Origin: Botryllus schlosseri
Taxonomy: Eukaryota
Reading direction: 5' to 3'
Length of the DNA stretch: 64,000 bases
NCBI GenBank assembly: GCA_051294905.1
Contig: CM119371.1
Span: 30,568,001 to 30,632,000, forward strand
Positions 14,998 to 29,410 of this stretch are shown here, in pieces (within the stretch, counting starts at the first letter, position 1; each line of letters opens with the position of its first letter). Under the pieces are notes generated by a model. That model was not told the DNA's origin. It saw nothing but the letters and a program-made list of their open reading frames with translations, and did not search any database. The position numbers were made by a program, and so were the translations under genes.

Positions 14998-17469
14998 CTG
15001 AAAAACAGTAGAAATTAGTTATATTTAGGGCATCAAAGATTCTATCCAAGATAGGTATCAAATGTCCTTAATAACATAATGAGCTAATTTGAATCAGCCC
15101 TTTTAATCTCAGATATGCAGATAAGGGTTATCCTGAAAAAATCAAAAGATTGTGGTTTTGATAAGACCTTATCAAGGATGAATGATGGATGGATGAATGA
15201 TCTATTTTCATAAGACATAGCAATTGGGAATTTTGGGATTTCCCATGACTTCATAGCGCCACAATTTAAGCAGTCAAGTCAATTAGTTAGACTAATGCTT
15301 CCTGCCCAAGGGATCCTTATCACATACTTTAGTTCTACTGTTATTCACCTGCACATCAAATTGCAAAAACGAGGTCAGCACATTTCCATGTAGACACCAA
15401 TTTAATGTTATGATAACAGACTAAGAAATCTCTTAAAATGCGCTGGTCACGGGCTACCAAATACGCAGAGTTGCTAAAATACTTTCATTTTGAATTTTAG
15501 ATGCAGAAATGCTAACAAAACTAATTTCTTAATACATATGAGTAGGAGACTCAACTTAGTCATAACCTTGCAGTCAACTGTATTCAGGCGTGAATAACAT
15601 AACAAAGGGGCACTGTTAAAATATATCAACTAACGTACAAAGACATGCTAATATGTGTATACTTCATCATACATATGCCTTGCTAGCAGCACTGTAAGAT
15701 TGAGAATGATGATTATGGATGCAATATAAGGGTATTAAAGATTTAAAGGTACTCAGCTAATGGGACAAATGTTCATTTTTATTTCGCAATATAAACAATT
15801 AAACATACTCTCAACTAAAGATAGACTAGGGCCAATATTAAGGTTAATGTTGGTTTCTGAAAAGCTATTAAAATAAAAGCTTCCTCAATAGAATTAGCTC
15901 AATTGGAAAACACAATCCTAATTTAGCCTCAGGTTTGAAGTTGGTTTTAGCTTAACCAAATTTTGGTAAACACAAGACCAACTTGCAATAATAATCCTCA
16001 CATTTCATCTGTACGGGATTTTCCAGCATAAAGACATGCATTCCAAGAAGATACTAAATCCAAAACTACCGTATTGACAAATTCCATGAGACGACAGGTA
16101 TTTGTTTCTTGCTGCTACCTAAAACCTTTTCATTATGGATCAGGTAAGTAAACAACAGCCTAAGAGAAATTCTCAATACCAATTTGGTAATCATATATGA
16201 ACTCTCGTGATCCAATAAGTAGCAAGGCTTGAGTCACAGGTGAACTGCTGCAAAAAAAAGCAAATTAGCTTGCCTAGCATTTACACTCAAATGCATGACA
16301 TACAGTAAATTCAAACACCTAAAATATGGCAGGCCTAACCTAGGCCCCTAGCGTAGTAATATGCTTGGTCACCGTTTTGATGAAACAGGGAACAGTAATG
16401 GAATTGAGAAGATAATATATATATTATAGGCACAACAAAGCTTGAAGACTGAGTCGTTGATTAAGTGTATATTAGGGATAGGGATGTTCAAAAATGACAT
16501 TTGGTGCTAATTCTCGCATTCTAACGAGTTCAACTCTGACAATGAATATCTTAAAACATCCTTGCCTGCATGGTGTAAAACTCAAATAACCCTACATAAA
16601 TTTGCTCAAGATTGCAGAATACAAGACAACTGACACCACCATTTTTAGCAACTCTGATTTTAATATTGCATTAGCGAATTAGTGGCAATGAATAGCAAAT
16701 GAAGCAGACACCCCATGACGCTTCAACATTTCAATGTAAATTAATATGGAGATGCAAAATTCATTAGTTTATATGTATTATTTAAGCAAGTCTTTGTATG
16801 GTGCAGCGAGATCACTGTGAATCCAAACTAGGGCAGAGTTTATGATTATACCTGCACTTCGAAAATGATGTTAGGTGATGCTTGTCAGGAAATCACGAAT
16901 GGCGGGCTGGTTGAATTCAATACTTCAGAATGTGTCTCACTCAACAAACACTCTTTGTGTTCAACAGGAAAGTATTGATCCCAATGAAATCAGTAAACAT
17001 CCTGAAACATGCCTCTGAGTCTGTGGCCAAGTTAACTTCAGATCTCAGGATATGACAAGAATTTATGCGAGTGCTCAGTGATAGCCTACCATTTAAAATC
17101 TGAACTTTTGAACATTATGTAAAACCAGGTTCACTGGTTGATTCAAACTCTAATAACAACTGATGAGCATGCCAGTCCATTCAATTATGATTAGACATTT
17201 CAGCATAGCACAAGGTTGGAACAGCTAATATACCAATCAGTCCAGCCGTTTCGATACCACACACAAGTACTTTATTTCAAAGTATAGTCATAATTAACCA
17301 TTCAAGCATGACTCACTAAGACTCGCATATTAGTTTGTAGGTAAACTGCAACACACAGTATTGAATTTGTCCAAGTATCATCTCATGCAACAGCTTCTAT
17401 CGCCTTTAATCAATAATGGGTTACCTGGTATCACAAATAATGCAGTAAGTTGCTGCTAACAAGAACAGC

Positions 17470-17786
17470 TGTGTACTGATGACTGAGGCCACTTGCAAGC
17501 ATATTGGCCTCTGTCCAGTTTTAAAATTTTGAAGCTCCCTTTTTTAAACTTGAAAAAAATCGACTTCTCGAAGATTTTTGTATTTCTTTCGGGCATATCT
17601 TAGCCATGGTTATGTCTGTCTCAGTGTATCAAAGTTAATCGGGGCCAATATATGGCTGAAAGAAGATGAAAACTTCACTCAAAGTTAATTTTCCCAAAAT
17701 GTGTCAAATGGACATAAGATACTTTGATTCCACTGCGACGAGTTGTGTACTGATGACTGAGGCCACTTGCAAGCGTATTGGCCTCT
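17470..17786 (+). repeat. 43-bp direct repeat pair flanking ~230 bp
   Basis: TGTGTACTGATGACTGAGGCCACTTGCAAGC(A/G)TATTGGCCTCT at 17470-17512 and 17744-17786. Confidence 0.85.
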
Positions 17787-20700
17787 AACCTAATTTACAA
17801 ATCAAGGACCCTCAAATTCCCAAATTCCACTTTAAACAACACCTTAAAAACGGAAAATTGAAATGTTCCTTAAGCATCCTAATCTTGACATGGCTATAGT
17901 TCAGTGTTCCTAAAGGTTGCTCAAGTGATATCAATTGAATATTGGTACATAAATCTTGTCGATTTTGAATGATATCATGGAATCCAAAGAATCTCGGGTC
18001 TGGGACCACAGTTTAAATAGATTTACAGTATGCGCACCGATCCAATTTAATAGAATAATTTCAGATTAAAAAATTATGCACAAGACAATGTATTCAACAG
18101 TCCCAGTCCCACCAAAGCATAATCGAGAAATGAATGTTGTGAAATAGACATGTTTCAAATCATATACCACTGAGTTGGAATGGATTGACATGGGAGTTTG
18201 ACAGTGATTTGGGTGCAACAGGAATAGCAACTGAGAGATATTTGACAGTAGCCTACCGGTTTTGAAACTTCACTTTATGAAAGGAACATTTCGCATTAGG
18301 GCTCAAATGAATACCTTGCAGTTCAAGGAAATGATTTATCTGTCAAGTGACTTGACTCACTCAAATCCAAGTCGGCATTTTCGATGTGTCACATCTTGTG
18401 CATCACGTTGCAAATTACTTGCCACAGCGCTTTCGATTGCTGCTAGTTTATTCTGTAATCGGTACCAAGGCTCAATATGGCACAAAAATCACCATACTAA
18501 GATTACGAATACAAACTAAAGCCCTTAATCCTTCATTCATGAGCATTTTGACCTAGATAGTAAGTAAAATTTGGTACTGTCTCGTAAGATTACATGAAGA
18601 TTTGACAACCTTAAAAGATAATAAGTTTACAGTGGCTACTGCAGTGTTATGAACATATATATAACAAGCTATGTAATTAGTGTTACGGTCAGTTACATGT
18701 GAACTGTAATGATTAGTACATAATTCGAAGCCAATCATCAGTACAAGGTAACAGCCTATGGTTCTTCAACTAATATGCGATAATTATATTTTTGCCTAGT
18801 GTAAGCAAAGATATATTTAGACAATCTTCTGACGGTTGCTCACGTAATTTCAAATTGCTGTGACGCATATTACAGTGTGATAACCAATGATAAAGAAGGG
18901 AAATATATACTTGAACAAGATGGCAGATGTCGCCGGCATGTTGCATAGGGCTGCTCTTGTTGACTTAAAACTGAGATGTTTACATTTGGTCTAGCTAATT
19001 TTTGTGTGAAACAGCATGGCTAGTCGTAAAGAGAGAAAAAAAAACTTATACTGCCTTAATTAGCAGTCCCTAAGTTTAATGGATGAAACTTTTAAAAGTT
19101 TCAGCAAAAATATATTCATATTACTACCTACTCTAGTATGGAATTTGACTTCTAATAGAGAAGCTAAAATGATTTATATCAAACTGAAATAAAGTAAAAA
19201 AAATATCAACTCTATGTATTACCATCAAGGAAAATAAATCCTCAACTGTCAAATATGTTTCCTGGAAGTGGAATTAGAAGTAGCATTTACATATACAAAT
19301 TACATATGGAACATCTGATAATGAAATTATTGTCCGTTTTTTAGAAATTAAAACCAGATTTTTAATAACAGTCTAGTGATTCATCCTTGAATATATTCAT
19401 TTGAATACTTTATGCTGTTGATTGAACTGGATAGGCCTATAACCTTCAGCAGAATCAATTCTGAAAATGAAACGGAAACTTCATAACATAGCAGTAAGGA
19501 CAATTCCTAATTATTACAGGCTGTTCGAGTACGGTCATAATAACATCAACTGCTAAGAGTTAGGTTTCAATATCAATACAATTAGCAATAGAGCATCCCA
19601 GTAACACAAAACTTCTCTATACTTTGAAACAGCAGATGAATTCAACAGTATTTTTGATTATTCAGAAAAATATGTTATTTTTGTCAATATTAATGACATA
19701 CCAGCATAGAGACTAAGAGACTAGTGTCAAAAATTGGAAAACCTAAGTAAAATATATTCAAAAAAATGCCCAACACATTCTTATTCTGTATTAATAATTC
19801 GGCTGAATAACAATGTGATTTTATGGAGCATCACTACATCTAATCCGATTATACCTATGTGATTATTTGTTGGGCTGGGCAAAATCCTTGAGGGATTCAA
19901 TTCTGGGTCAGAGTATTGAGGCTGGAGTTGAGTCTAGGATTAGAGTGCTACTGCTGATCATGATGTCCATACCAGTAAGGCTCACTGGAAGAGTATAAAT
20001 ATATTATTTTTATGGGAACACCAAGTATATAATGACAGTTCTAAGGCATAATCATAAATCGTTAAAATTTGTAGAAGGTAATGTCAGTGACTGCAGTTTG
20101 GTCACTACTACACAAAGAAAGGTCATTTGGTATGAGCTTCTTGCTAAATGGTATGTAGGACATGCTACACAATCTACAGCAACTTACATCTTATGTTTGT
20201 TTCAAGGCACCATGGCCACAGTACAAAAACATCTAGCCTTAGTCCTTGTTGCATTTATAGATAGCAGACTCTGCAATAGCTCAGCCTCAGCCTACGCAAA
20301 TTTACTCAGTGCCATATCCTTTTATCTGTAAAGTTAACCTTGCTATAGGACTATTGAGAAGATGCAGTGAATTAGATTGAAGATTCCAGGCCCGTACTCG
20401 CTTTCCCAACAGCAAAACTTTTCGATGCAAGCACCAGGTATGTTCATTTGCTCACATAACAGGCCAGCAAAAAAGCAGGAAATGATATTAAGCATAGCCA
20501 TAAATCTCTTAATATTTCCTGCAACAAGAAATCACCTCACAGTTCCACCATCAATAACTTCCATTTTAGTATTCAAGCAACATAGTTAATGATCATGCAG
20601 GCAGGACTTCATGAATATTCATGAAAATTAATCAAACTTTCCCTGCCTTGCATGAATAAACACCTCATTTATTATTCAAAAATGAGAAAGATTGTGCCAT

Positions 20701-23700
20701 AATCTTGGAATATGAATCATTGTAAAGAATTTTTATTCAAATTTGTGCTCATTTCATGGTGGAATAAAGGAGTATTGATTATTTGAGCTGAAATAAGACT
20801 AGTGATACGTTTGGAAAAAAATATTTCAAAATTGGGCTACTCAAACTGATGTAATCTGGAATTGAAACCATTTCAAACTAGCTTCCAATGCCATCTGATC
20901 GGACTCAGAAAAACATCTGATATTGCTGGATTAGGAACAATACAGATTGATTACAAATTACAAACACGAAACACTTCCATTTATGAATGGATCAATAGAA
21001 TGAATTACACCAGGCAGACTAAATGTAATTTGATAGGCCACCCTCCACAATCACATGGTGGTTTATTTTGCTGGATTGATTCATGATACCACCAAGGGAA
21101 TTAGTGCCAACACCTTGCCAGCAGTTCCATTATATTATGGGTAGCTAATACACATACCACAAAATATTTAAGAGAAACATTATCTGTTTTGAAATACCAT
21201 CCCCTGAGTATGACATGTCTGAATTTACTAACCTTGATTTGATTCATAAAAAAATATGACCATTGTCACATTTAAATTCCAGCATAGTATGTAGATGTTC
21301 TATTAGGACACTAGCATCTGCTCTATAAGGTAATATGCACCAAGACAGCCCCCTGGGAAGGCAGTGTGCAATATTAAGGGAATGCAAAACCAAAGTCGAA
21401 ATTGATACACCATAACTACATGTAATGTGTCTTCCAACAGGAGTATGCGAATGATTAGGAAATCGTAAGAACAATAATATCAAGAGCCAAGACATTAGTA
21501 ATTAATGATTTATTTGTCGTCCCATCAACCTGTACAGCCTATCATATCATGTTCACCAAGAGACAAGTCGGTTGTCGCCATTGAACAAACTCCAATATAG
21601 ATTACATGGTACTAGATACACTAAATAAACTCTGACTTCAATTTAGTTCCAACAAATATCATGGATGGAAATCAAGCTTTGTTTCGATGTGCAAAATTAG
21701 AACATGCAACACGAAAACAGAAGCTTGCAATGAGTGTGTCACACTGTTATTTTGAAAGGAAGGAGAATAGGATATCCCGCATTCAGATGGTTATTTTAAG
21801 CCCCACTGCATCAATATTGAGTTAAAATACATGGAAGTTCTAAGTTGCTAACCTAAATAGAATGAAATGGTAATTTTGATCTATAATAAGGAATTGATTA
21901 AATGATAAAATAATGGATTAGAAAATAGTATATTTGAATTGGAATATGAAGACAGGAGCACAAAACGACTTCAGATGGTAATAGTTTCAATTTTTAGAAA
22001 AGTGAATCATAGAGATCATCCTTCCAAATGAAAGCTCGAGTATGCAGCATAAAACCGCCACCGCCATGCCCACATTTAGGTCGATTTGGATTTACCGCAA
22101 CTGGAAGCGACATATGGACATCGAACATTGTTCCCGAAGTAAGCTATGACAAGCGTTGACACAAGAACAGCTGGCTACATGCATTGTATCTCAGCAACCG
22201 CAGACACGATCACACCATATCGACACCTCGGGTAATATTTAACCAGCTACAGACACATTATTGTCTCCACCACTTCACAAGTAGAATAACCTTGTATTCG
22301 AACAGGTAAGTTCATGCTGAAATGATGCTGATCAAACCCGATGGGCTAACTTGTAATACCGTTGTCAATAATGTGATAATAATCACACAGTATCACATGC
22401 CTTGGACATGAGAAATGGTGCATGCAGTCAGCAATATGGTGCTGCATGAAAGTTAGTGGTATTCCTGACGCTAGACACTGATACTACTCAAGTTAAAATG
22501 TTGATTTCAAAACCACATCACAATTGATTCAAGTAGTGCTCAGTAAAATAGTGTGAAAATTGCATAATCTTGCACAATCAATTTGATCACATCGTTGCCA
22601 ACAGTGTTAGTTGATTGAAACATATAACATAGTTTGCTGTAGGATTTTGACAGTACAGGTTACGAATCCAGGACATAATGACCCCGAGGCCCGATTACAA
22701 AGATGATACACATGGTATATTGCACTGCTGGTGCTTTAACAAAGAAACAGTTTCATAAGCTGTTATGTTATCATATGTGAATATAGAGATATGGTGATTC
22801 CATGCCCATCTCGTCTGGAACAGCGCAAGAAGTTGATCAAGGCAAGGTGCCAGTGTACCACCTATCATAAGCAATGACTATCGCAACAAGTTAATCATTT
22901 TGTACCTACTGTAAGCGTCATCTTGTGCCTGTGTGCTAATTTTGAACTTAATTTTCAGTGCATACAATTTTATGAAACCCATTCTATTGCTCAATGGTGA
23001 TCGAACAAATCAAATTTTCAGCGGAAAACCTCGGGTCAAAGTACACCACAGTTGAGATGACAAGGTTTGCAGGCTATTCAATACGATTTTTCTTCAAACC
23101 TAAAAAACGGTTATCATTTTGTGAGCAAGTGTGTTTTCCAGAGGAATAAGCAGGCTACAGTACGGTATATATATAATTTCTTGTACTGTCTGCTCATGAT
23201 ACTTGATACTTGATGTAGTATCGCACAGCAAATTCCTAAACGACCCATATTTCACGACATAAATTTTTGAATTCTTTCAGTTAATGGTGGTTTTGCTGAC
23301 TTTTGCACCTGTATTGTAAAGATTCTCCCAAGCGAACTCTAAACAAGCTTAACATAGCGACAACTCATGCTAACTCAAACCCTAACCAGTGGTAAGTCAA
23401 GAATGAAGATCCGAAGAGGCAACAAAGATTTGGGTCATACAGCTTCTCTCACATTTAGTAAAATAGACATCGTATTTCAAGTTGAAAGATGCCAGTACCG
23501 TGTATTGGTATGGGACTCTTGTTTCAAGTAGCCATGATATCACTACTGATTGTATGATGAGAACAACACACGAATTTGGGTTCTCATGTTCACTAGCTCA
23601 ATTAACAAAGTACGCGCGCAACGCACCAAAAATTACCTTTATCAGCAAAGGCCTACCGAGATTTCAGTTGACTGTGTATACCAGCATGATATGGAGGGAA

Positions 23701-24042
23701 AAGCCAACTATTTTTTATTTGCAAATCTACCAAAAATCATCACCTAATACAAGTGGACTTTTAACTAGTTTATAAAATACCAATTATTGGAGCAAACACC
23801 TCATCAAGCACATATAATTGGGGAAAGGGTACGGTACCCACAGCCAGTGCAATTGTGCAAATGCAGTTCATTTTAAATAAATTCATAGACATAGGCTACA
23901 TCAGATTTGTAAATGACTGAAGGAAAAAAAATATTAGTTCCTAATGGCATTAGTGTTCAATATTAATCCTTGACACAAAGCATGATACCGTGCTCCATGG
24001 AATGATGGGAGCCTTAGTTCTATACTTGCAAAATATCCTTAC

Positions 24043-24168
24043 CGGATTGTCAAGGTAAGACTCGATTATCCTCAACGCAGAGTCAGTCAACTTCATCAAA
24101 AGCACGGTCTTGTTGCCGGAATCAACTTGCCGCAGTCCATAGGAGCCACTTTCGAAACTGAGAGACAT
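24043..24168 (-). CDS. ELL: ELL-family RNA polymerase II elongation factor, coding exon 1
   Basis: ATG at 24168; reads MSLSFESGSYGLRQVDSGNKTVLLMKLTDSALRIIESYLDNP, with the KLTDSALR motif typical of the ELL N-terminal domain; GTAAG donor at 24042, phase 0. Confidence 0.9.
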
Positions 24169-26184
24169 CTTTGCGGGATATCGAGGCGATCGCCCCACAG
24201 CGAAATGCGAAAGGTTTAGGGAAGTTTTATATGAACATTAGCAGCCAAACATCTGGTAAATACATACAAAAATATGAGTCTCCCACAATCAATATTTATT
24301 TCCTATGTCATACAATGCCTATATACAGCTGCAAAACAAAGGTCGGTTTTTTTAAATACCAGAGAAGAGAATGATCAATAACCAGACATTCCCTACATTT
24401 TTCTGGTGGATCCCTGAATTATCATGGAAACGCCAATCATAAGCATGAATAATTACGCAGTTTCATAACCACAGGGCGATTTGGTGTAATTTTGTATAGA
24501 GCAGCGATCGACCTTGATCAGAAGGGCACGCTCCGCTACCGACAAGTAAAAACAGCTGTTGACTCCCAGCATAAGCGGAGCGACAACAATAATTATTATT
24601 ACTGTTATCAATACCGCATGTAGACGCTTAACTCGGGAAGCTTTCAGGACACCCCTAACTAGCCGGCACCCGGCCATATATCATAATTGCACAATCGCTT
24701 TCTTCCCAACTGGCGAACTCTGGAAGTGTCGCTACGGTCTGTTAATATTTCAACTTCCAAGAAAAGCCCGCGAATTTAGCTTTATTTTCCTGAGCAATTT
24801 AAAACTGGCTGTGCGGTTGTTACTCAATACATCAGGGATCGTTTCAATTCACTGTTGTTATTTGATAACACCTAGCATAACGGTGAGGCACCTAACCTGT
24901 CTGACCATCAAGCTCGACAGTCGACAGACGCCGCTGGCGAAAACAAACGCGTGCTCTTGAGGAGAAATATACTGATTTGCGCACGTAATGATCCCCTTGC
25001 ATCTTTTTTTATTCGTGATTAATCTTGTTTGTGCTACGGCGTAAAATATTGAGGTCCAAACTACTTCAATAATGCGTAAATATAACAAACGAATTATACG
25101 TATGGATACAGACATCCGATACAATAATTCATCGACAGACTCCGGCGTTTTATGAACACGGGGAGCTGTATTGACGCTTTCTATCTATTCTATATCATTG
25201 AGCCGTGACGTATTCTCCTAAAGGCTGCGCAAATAATATGGGGTAACAGTATCGGTCAAACATCATTGGTAGAGAATCTGGAGTTGTGAAATGGCAATTG
25301 ATTAGGCTTTGAACTTAATGCGACAATTATTCGACAAACTTAATGAATATAAGGTCTGACCACAAATCAAAAGCGCACAAGCTCGACACACGCGTGTCCC
25401 CGTCGTGGTCATTTTCCAGTCCGACCCAAAAAAAGCCCAGCTTGAACATCCTCATTACATATTTCGCTTCATTTATGGTGTTTTTTATGTCGTGCCTGAT
25501 CAGTCTCCTGGCTGTCAAAGCTATGAAGGAAGGCGCCTTGCCACATTTTCGATTTCCTGAAGAAGTAGGACAAATCATGGTAACATGGTAATACCCTACC
25601 TACTAATTAAAGAACGTTACAGGTACGTCGGCCCAAGAAAGCTCACCAATAAGAGGTTATGACAGTTATATGCCAAAGATGTCTCGGACCAGTCACACAA
25701 CTCGGACAAAAACACGTACTTCACGAAAACACGCCATTCTTCAGTGACAATTTACTTTGTCCGTCATCATATTTATAGGCCTAGGCCTACTATCATTTGA
25801 TTTATAGGTCTAGCTCTGTCTGCGTTCAGACCAAGAGCACTATCACCGTGGTGATCGAAGTATCCATCGAAAAAAGACATAGCATCAAGGATTTCAAATA
25901 TAAATTAAATTTCGCGTGAAAGTAGGCTACTGATTTCGAGAATGTCCTGTTGCCGGTGTCGTTCCGTAAGGACATTGTTCATCAGCGTTACAGGAGGGTC
26001 TTCCCTTTTGTTTCTCCTTTCATCTTCAAAGGTTATTGACTTCACGACACTGCCATTAGGTTTTCGAAATATATGTGCAAGAAACTTAGCTTGTCGGTGA
26101 TCAATGAATGATACGAGAGGTCTTCAGTGCGACAGATTTTATGAAGATTTTCATAGCCTACACATTACTAATTTTGAAGGCGTA

Positions 26185-26808
26185 CAGGGCTGTTCAAAAA
26201 TAACTTTTTTTTTTCCGATTCAAGCCGGTCACCTCTTAAATCGTTAGGTTGCAGTAGGAAACCTTGCTCACCAAATTTCACTCGATTCCAACCAGTAAAG
26301 GCCTCTGCAGATCCAATTAAAATTTTTAATTTATTATGGAAAATTTTTAAAAAAAAATTCCAAATTTTTCTGCCAACCCCATGAAATTATTGAGCTGTCT
26401 TCAAAGACGTTGCAAAACAAATTTGAGTCAATTCCGACCAGTAGAAGCAGAGTTATGTGAGTTTTTCGTCGAAAAATCGCGGATTATCCACCGATCAAGG
26501 ATAATCCGAGAAATATCATCGAAAAACTCACATAACTCCGCTTCTACTAGTCGGAATTGACTCAAATTTGTTTTGCAACGTTTTTGAAGACAGCTCAACA
26601 ATTTCATGGGGTTGGCAGAAAAATTTGCGATTTTTTTTTTTTTTTTTCAATTTTCCATAATAAATTAAAAAATTTGATTGGATCTGCGGAGTCCTTTACT
26701 GGTTGGAATCGAGTGAAATTTGGTGAGCAAGGTTTTCTACTGCAACCTGACGATTTAAGAGGTGATCGGCTTGAATCGGGGAAAAAAAGTTATTTTTGAA
26801 CAGCCCTA
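26185..26808. mobile_element. Foldback element related to 7484-8111
   Basis: Termini CAGGGCTGTTCAAAAA / TTTTTGAACAGCCCTA; ~300-bp inverted arms of high identity; no clean 8-bp TSD. Confidence 0.82.
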
Positions 26809-26816
26809 CGGTACAT

Positions 26817-27522
26817 CAGTGGTTCCCAACCTTTTTCGTCTCGTGCCCCCCTTGGCCGATATTTGAACTAAAATTCCCCTCCCCCTGTGAAAAAGTTGCC
26901 TGTGACTAACAAAATGTCAATTTTAACGCGCAACACCGTGTGTTGACTGAGCAATTAATGGCCAAACACATTCAGATATGTCCGAACTATGGCGAATCCG
27001 GACCGCACTAAACTTTGGTAAGGTACAGTCAAATTTGACCTGTTTTTGACCGATCGGGTAGCCGCTGACGAAAAATAAATCACCAAGTCCGCTAGCTATG
27101 GACTCGAGTTGAATCGATGAATTTGGTACGGTATGTTTTTCACGTAAGCTCACATGTTGACTTAAAAAGTTAAACATTTTCACTATCGGCCTTGTGCTGA
27201 ATTCGGCTTGACGTTTTCCTGCTTTGTAGCAATTTGGTCGAGAGGCTGTCGCGGACCCAACAAAATCGTCTCGTGAGCCTCACTTTATCATGGGGTGTAA
27301 TAGCTACAGAAGGCATTTAAACATATAGCCTACCTAGCTTGAAATCCGCCAAAGAAACATACAATTGTAAAGAACTAATTTCTACTTAACAATTCTATAC
27401 CATAAAATCTAAAAACCTTGTGAACCCACTGTATCTTCCGACACGATGCCAGAGCCAGATTCCCCCCTAAAAATTTCAAAATTCCCCCCAAGGGCGGAAT
27501 TCCCGCCAGTTGGGAACCACTG
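26817..27522. mobile_element. hAT (Charlie-like) MITE
   Basis: TIR CAGTGGTTCCCAAC / GTTGGGAACCACTG; flanks CGGTACAT / GCGTACAT (partial TSD). Confidence 0.85.
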
Positions 27523-27530
27523 GCGTACAT

Positions 27531-29410
27531 GGTCGGTTCCCTTTCGAGTGTAGCCTACATGTATAATCTTTCGCAAAAATTGTCTGTAGCAGAGATCCAG
27601 GATCTTTGATTTTCTGAAACAGACCATACGCTGCAGCCATATGTGAGTCGACTTCTCACAAAAGCATTTAAATATTTCTCTACTTTTACCAATCTAAATT
27701 CTGAAGTTTCGAAGCAGGTATTTATAGGTTTGGAAAGCTGCATGAGCCGCGAGCTGACCCTATCGTTGATTTCGGATATTCCCACATTCGTTTCCTTACA
27801 GGGAATGATACACCCAAGGTATTTAAAAGTTTTCACGTTTTCAATATGATGATTCTGCAGAGAGCAGATCGGTCTTCAATGAAGTCGGTCTTCATTGTGG
27901 TTGAATATCATAGTTTTTGTTTTCGACTCATTAATTTGTAATCCAAACTCAGTACGAACTTCTGATTGTAGTTTTAGGCCTTCCTGGAGAGAAGTTTGGT
28001 CTTTGAAAAATAATTCAAGATCGTCCGCATAGCCTGAGCCCATGTTGATAGCTGTTCCTTGGTAGTTTTTGTCCTTTTATTTTCTCATGCATAGTCCGGT
28101 GTGCGAGAATGATACCGGCTGAAAGCAATATAGGTTGGTTCCGATCTGTGTAGGAAAACTCTCACGGCATAGTCCATGTAAAGATTGAAGAGGATAGGGG
28201 ATTCGGGACCGCCCTGTCGAGCTCCAGATTTTGTGGGAAAGTTTGTTTAGGGTGACTTTTCAGTTCGGTTGTTGTGGATCGATGTAGAGAGGCAAGTAAG
28301 TTCACGATTTTGGTTCCCTTTTCCTCGCCGATTCGATTTCGTAGCGACTGAAATTAGCCAGTTTCTGTTGACGTGGTCGAACGCAGAGGAGAGATCGACA
28401 AACAAGGCACGTGTTTGTATATTAGTTTTTTCAGCAATGATTTGAGACTTCTTATTCGTCACATATATACACAGTCAATGGTTCCCTTCCTTTTGTAAAC
28501 CCACATTGGAATTCGAGAATTTGCTGGTTATCAACAGTTTGCAGAAGACGCTTCCAACTTGAATAGCGCGATATGTTGATGAATCGGTTCTGCTTCTTTT
28601 GTTTTTCCATGTGGCGGTTAGCTTGCTGTGGCCGAATGATTGGGGTAATTTTTCAATCTCCCATATTGTTTGGAACAATTCTGTGATTTTATCCATGATC
28701 AATTTTGATGACGCCATTGCTCTCAAAATCTCCTGTGATAGGCTAGGCTACGTCTAAGCTGGATTCTTACGCTTCATTTTTTCAATAGTTCGTTTAATTT
28801 CCTCGAGTGTAGTGGGTCTTCATCGACAGTGGAGCTATTTTCTTGCATCAACATTAAAGCATTTGAAATGTTCTCCAGATCATTTGGCATCACAACCGAT
28901 TTCTCATATCCTTGTGCGTCAAAATGGTTTTTGAAGAATTCAGCCAGCTTAGGCCTCCTCGTTGGCAGGAAATTGTGGTATTGCCTTTACCAAGAGTACA
29001 ACCGTGTGCTTCAACGTTTTTTAACAGAGTTGCGGTTACCCTGTTTATCGCATTTAGATTTAATTTTCCTGCTTCAGTTTTCCAGTGCCTGTTCATCATT
29101 TTTTTCCTTTTTCTGATCTTCTTTCTTAGGTGTGTTATGGCGCATTGAGAGTCCGGTTTGCTCCGTCCCTCGTCTTTCAGTTTCTGTAGCAAATTGTTCA
29201 GTGATTGATCACTTTCCCATAAGTTTCCAAATATATTTTATTTTTACATTTCGGGAGTATGTTCTCCGTGGACATTTGCATCGATAGTGCTAGGTTTTCG
29301 TATGGTGCGTCCACATCATTTCCCTGGCAGTCAGTTGTAAGAGGTTGTTCTACATCCTCGATTAGCCTGTTTTTGTCGTCGGTATTGTTTAGGTAGCCGA
29401 GGTCCGGGGC
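27531..29410 (-). mobile_element. Decayed non-LTR retrotransposon (LINE) reverse transcriptase region, frameshifted
   Basis: Minus-strand RT motifs in correct order: SSTYRAIQVGSVFCKL, ALFVDLSSAFDHVNRNWL, QGGPESPILFNLYMDYA, YADDL (near 28020), KTFKYLG, FVRSRLTYGC; many stops and frameshifts; boundaries approximate. Confidence 0.88.

Noticed and set aside
19410..19460. Possible ELL exon IDSAEGYRPIQFNQQH after a ttttcag acceptor
   Set aside because: Wrong phase relative to exon 1, and the 14950-14997 exon fits ELL better
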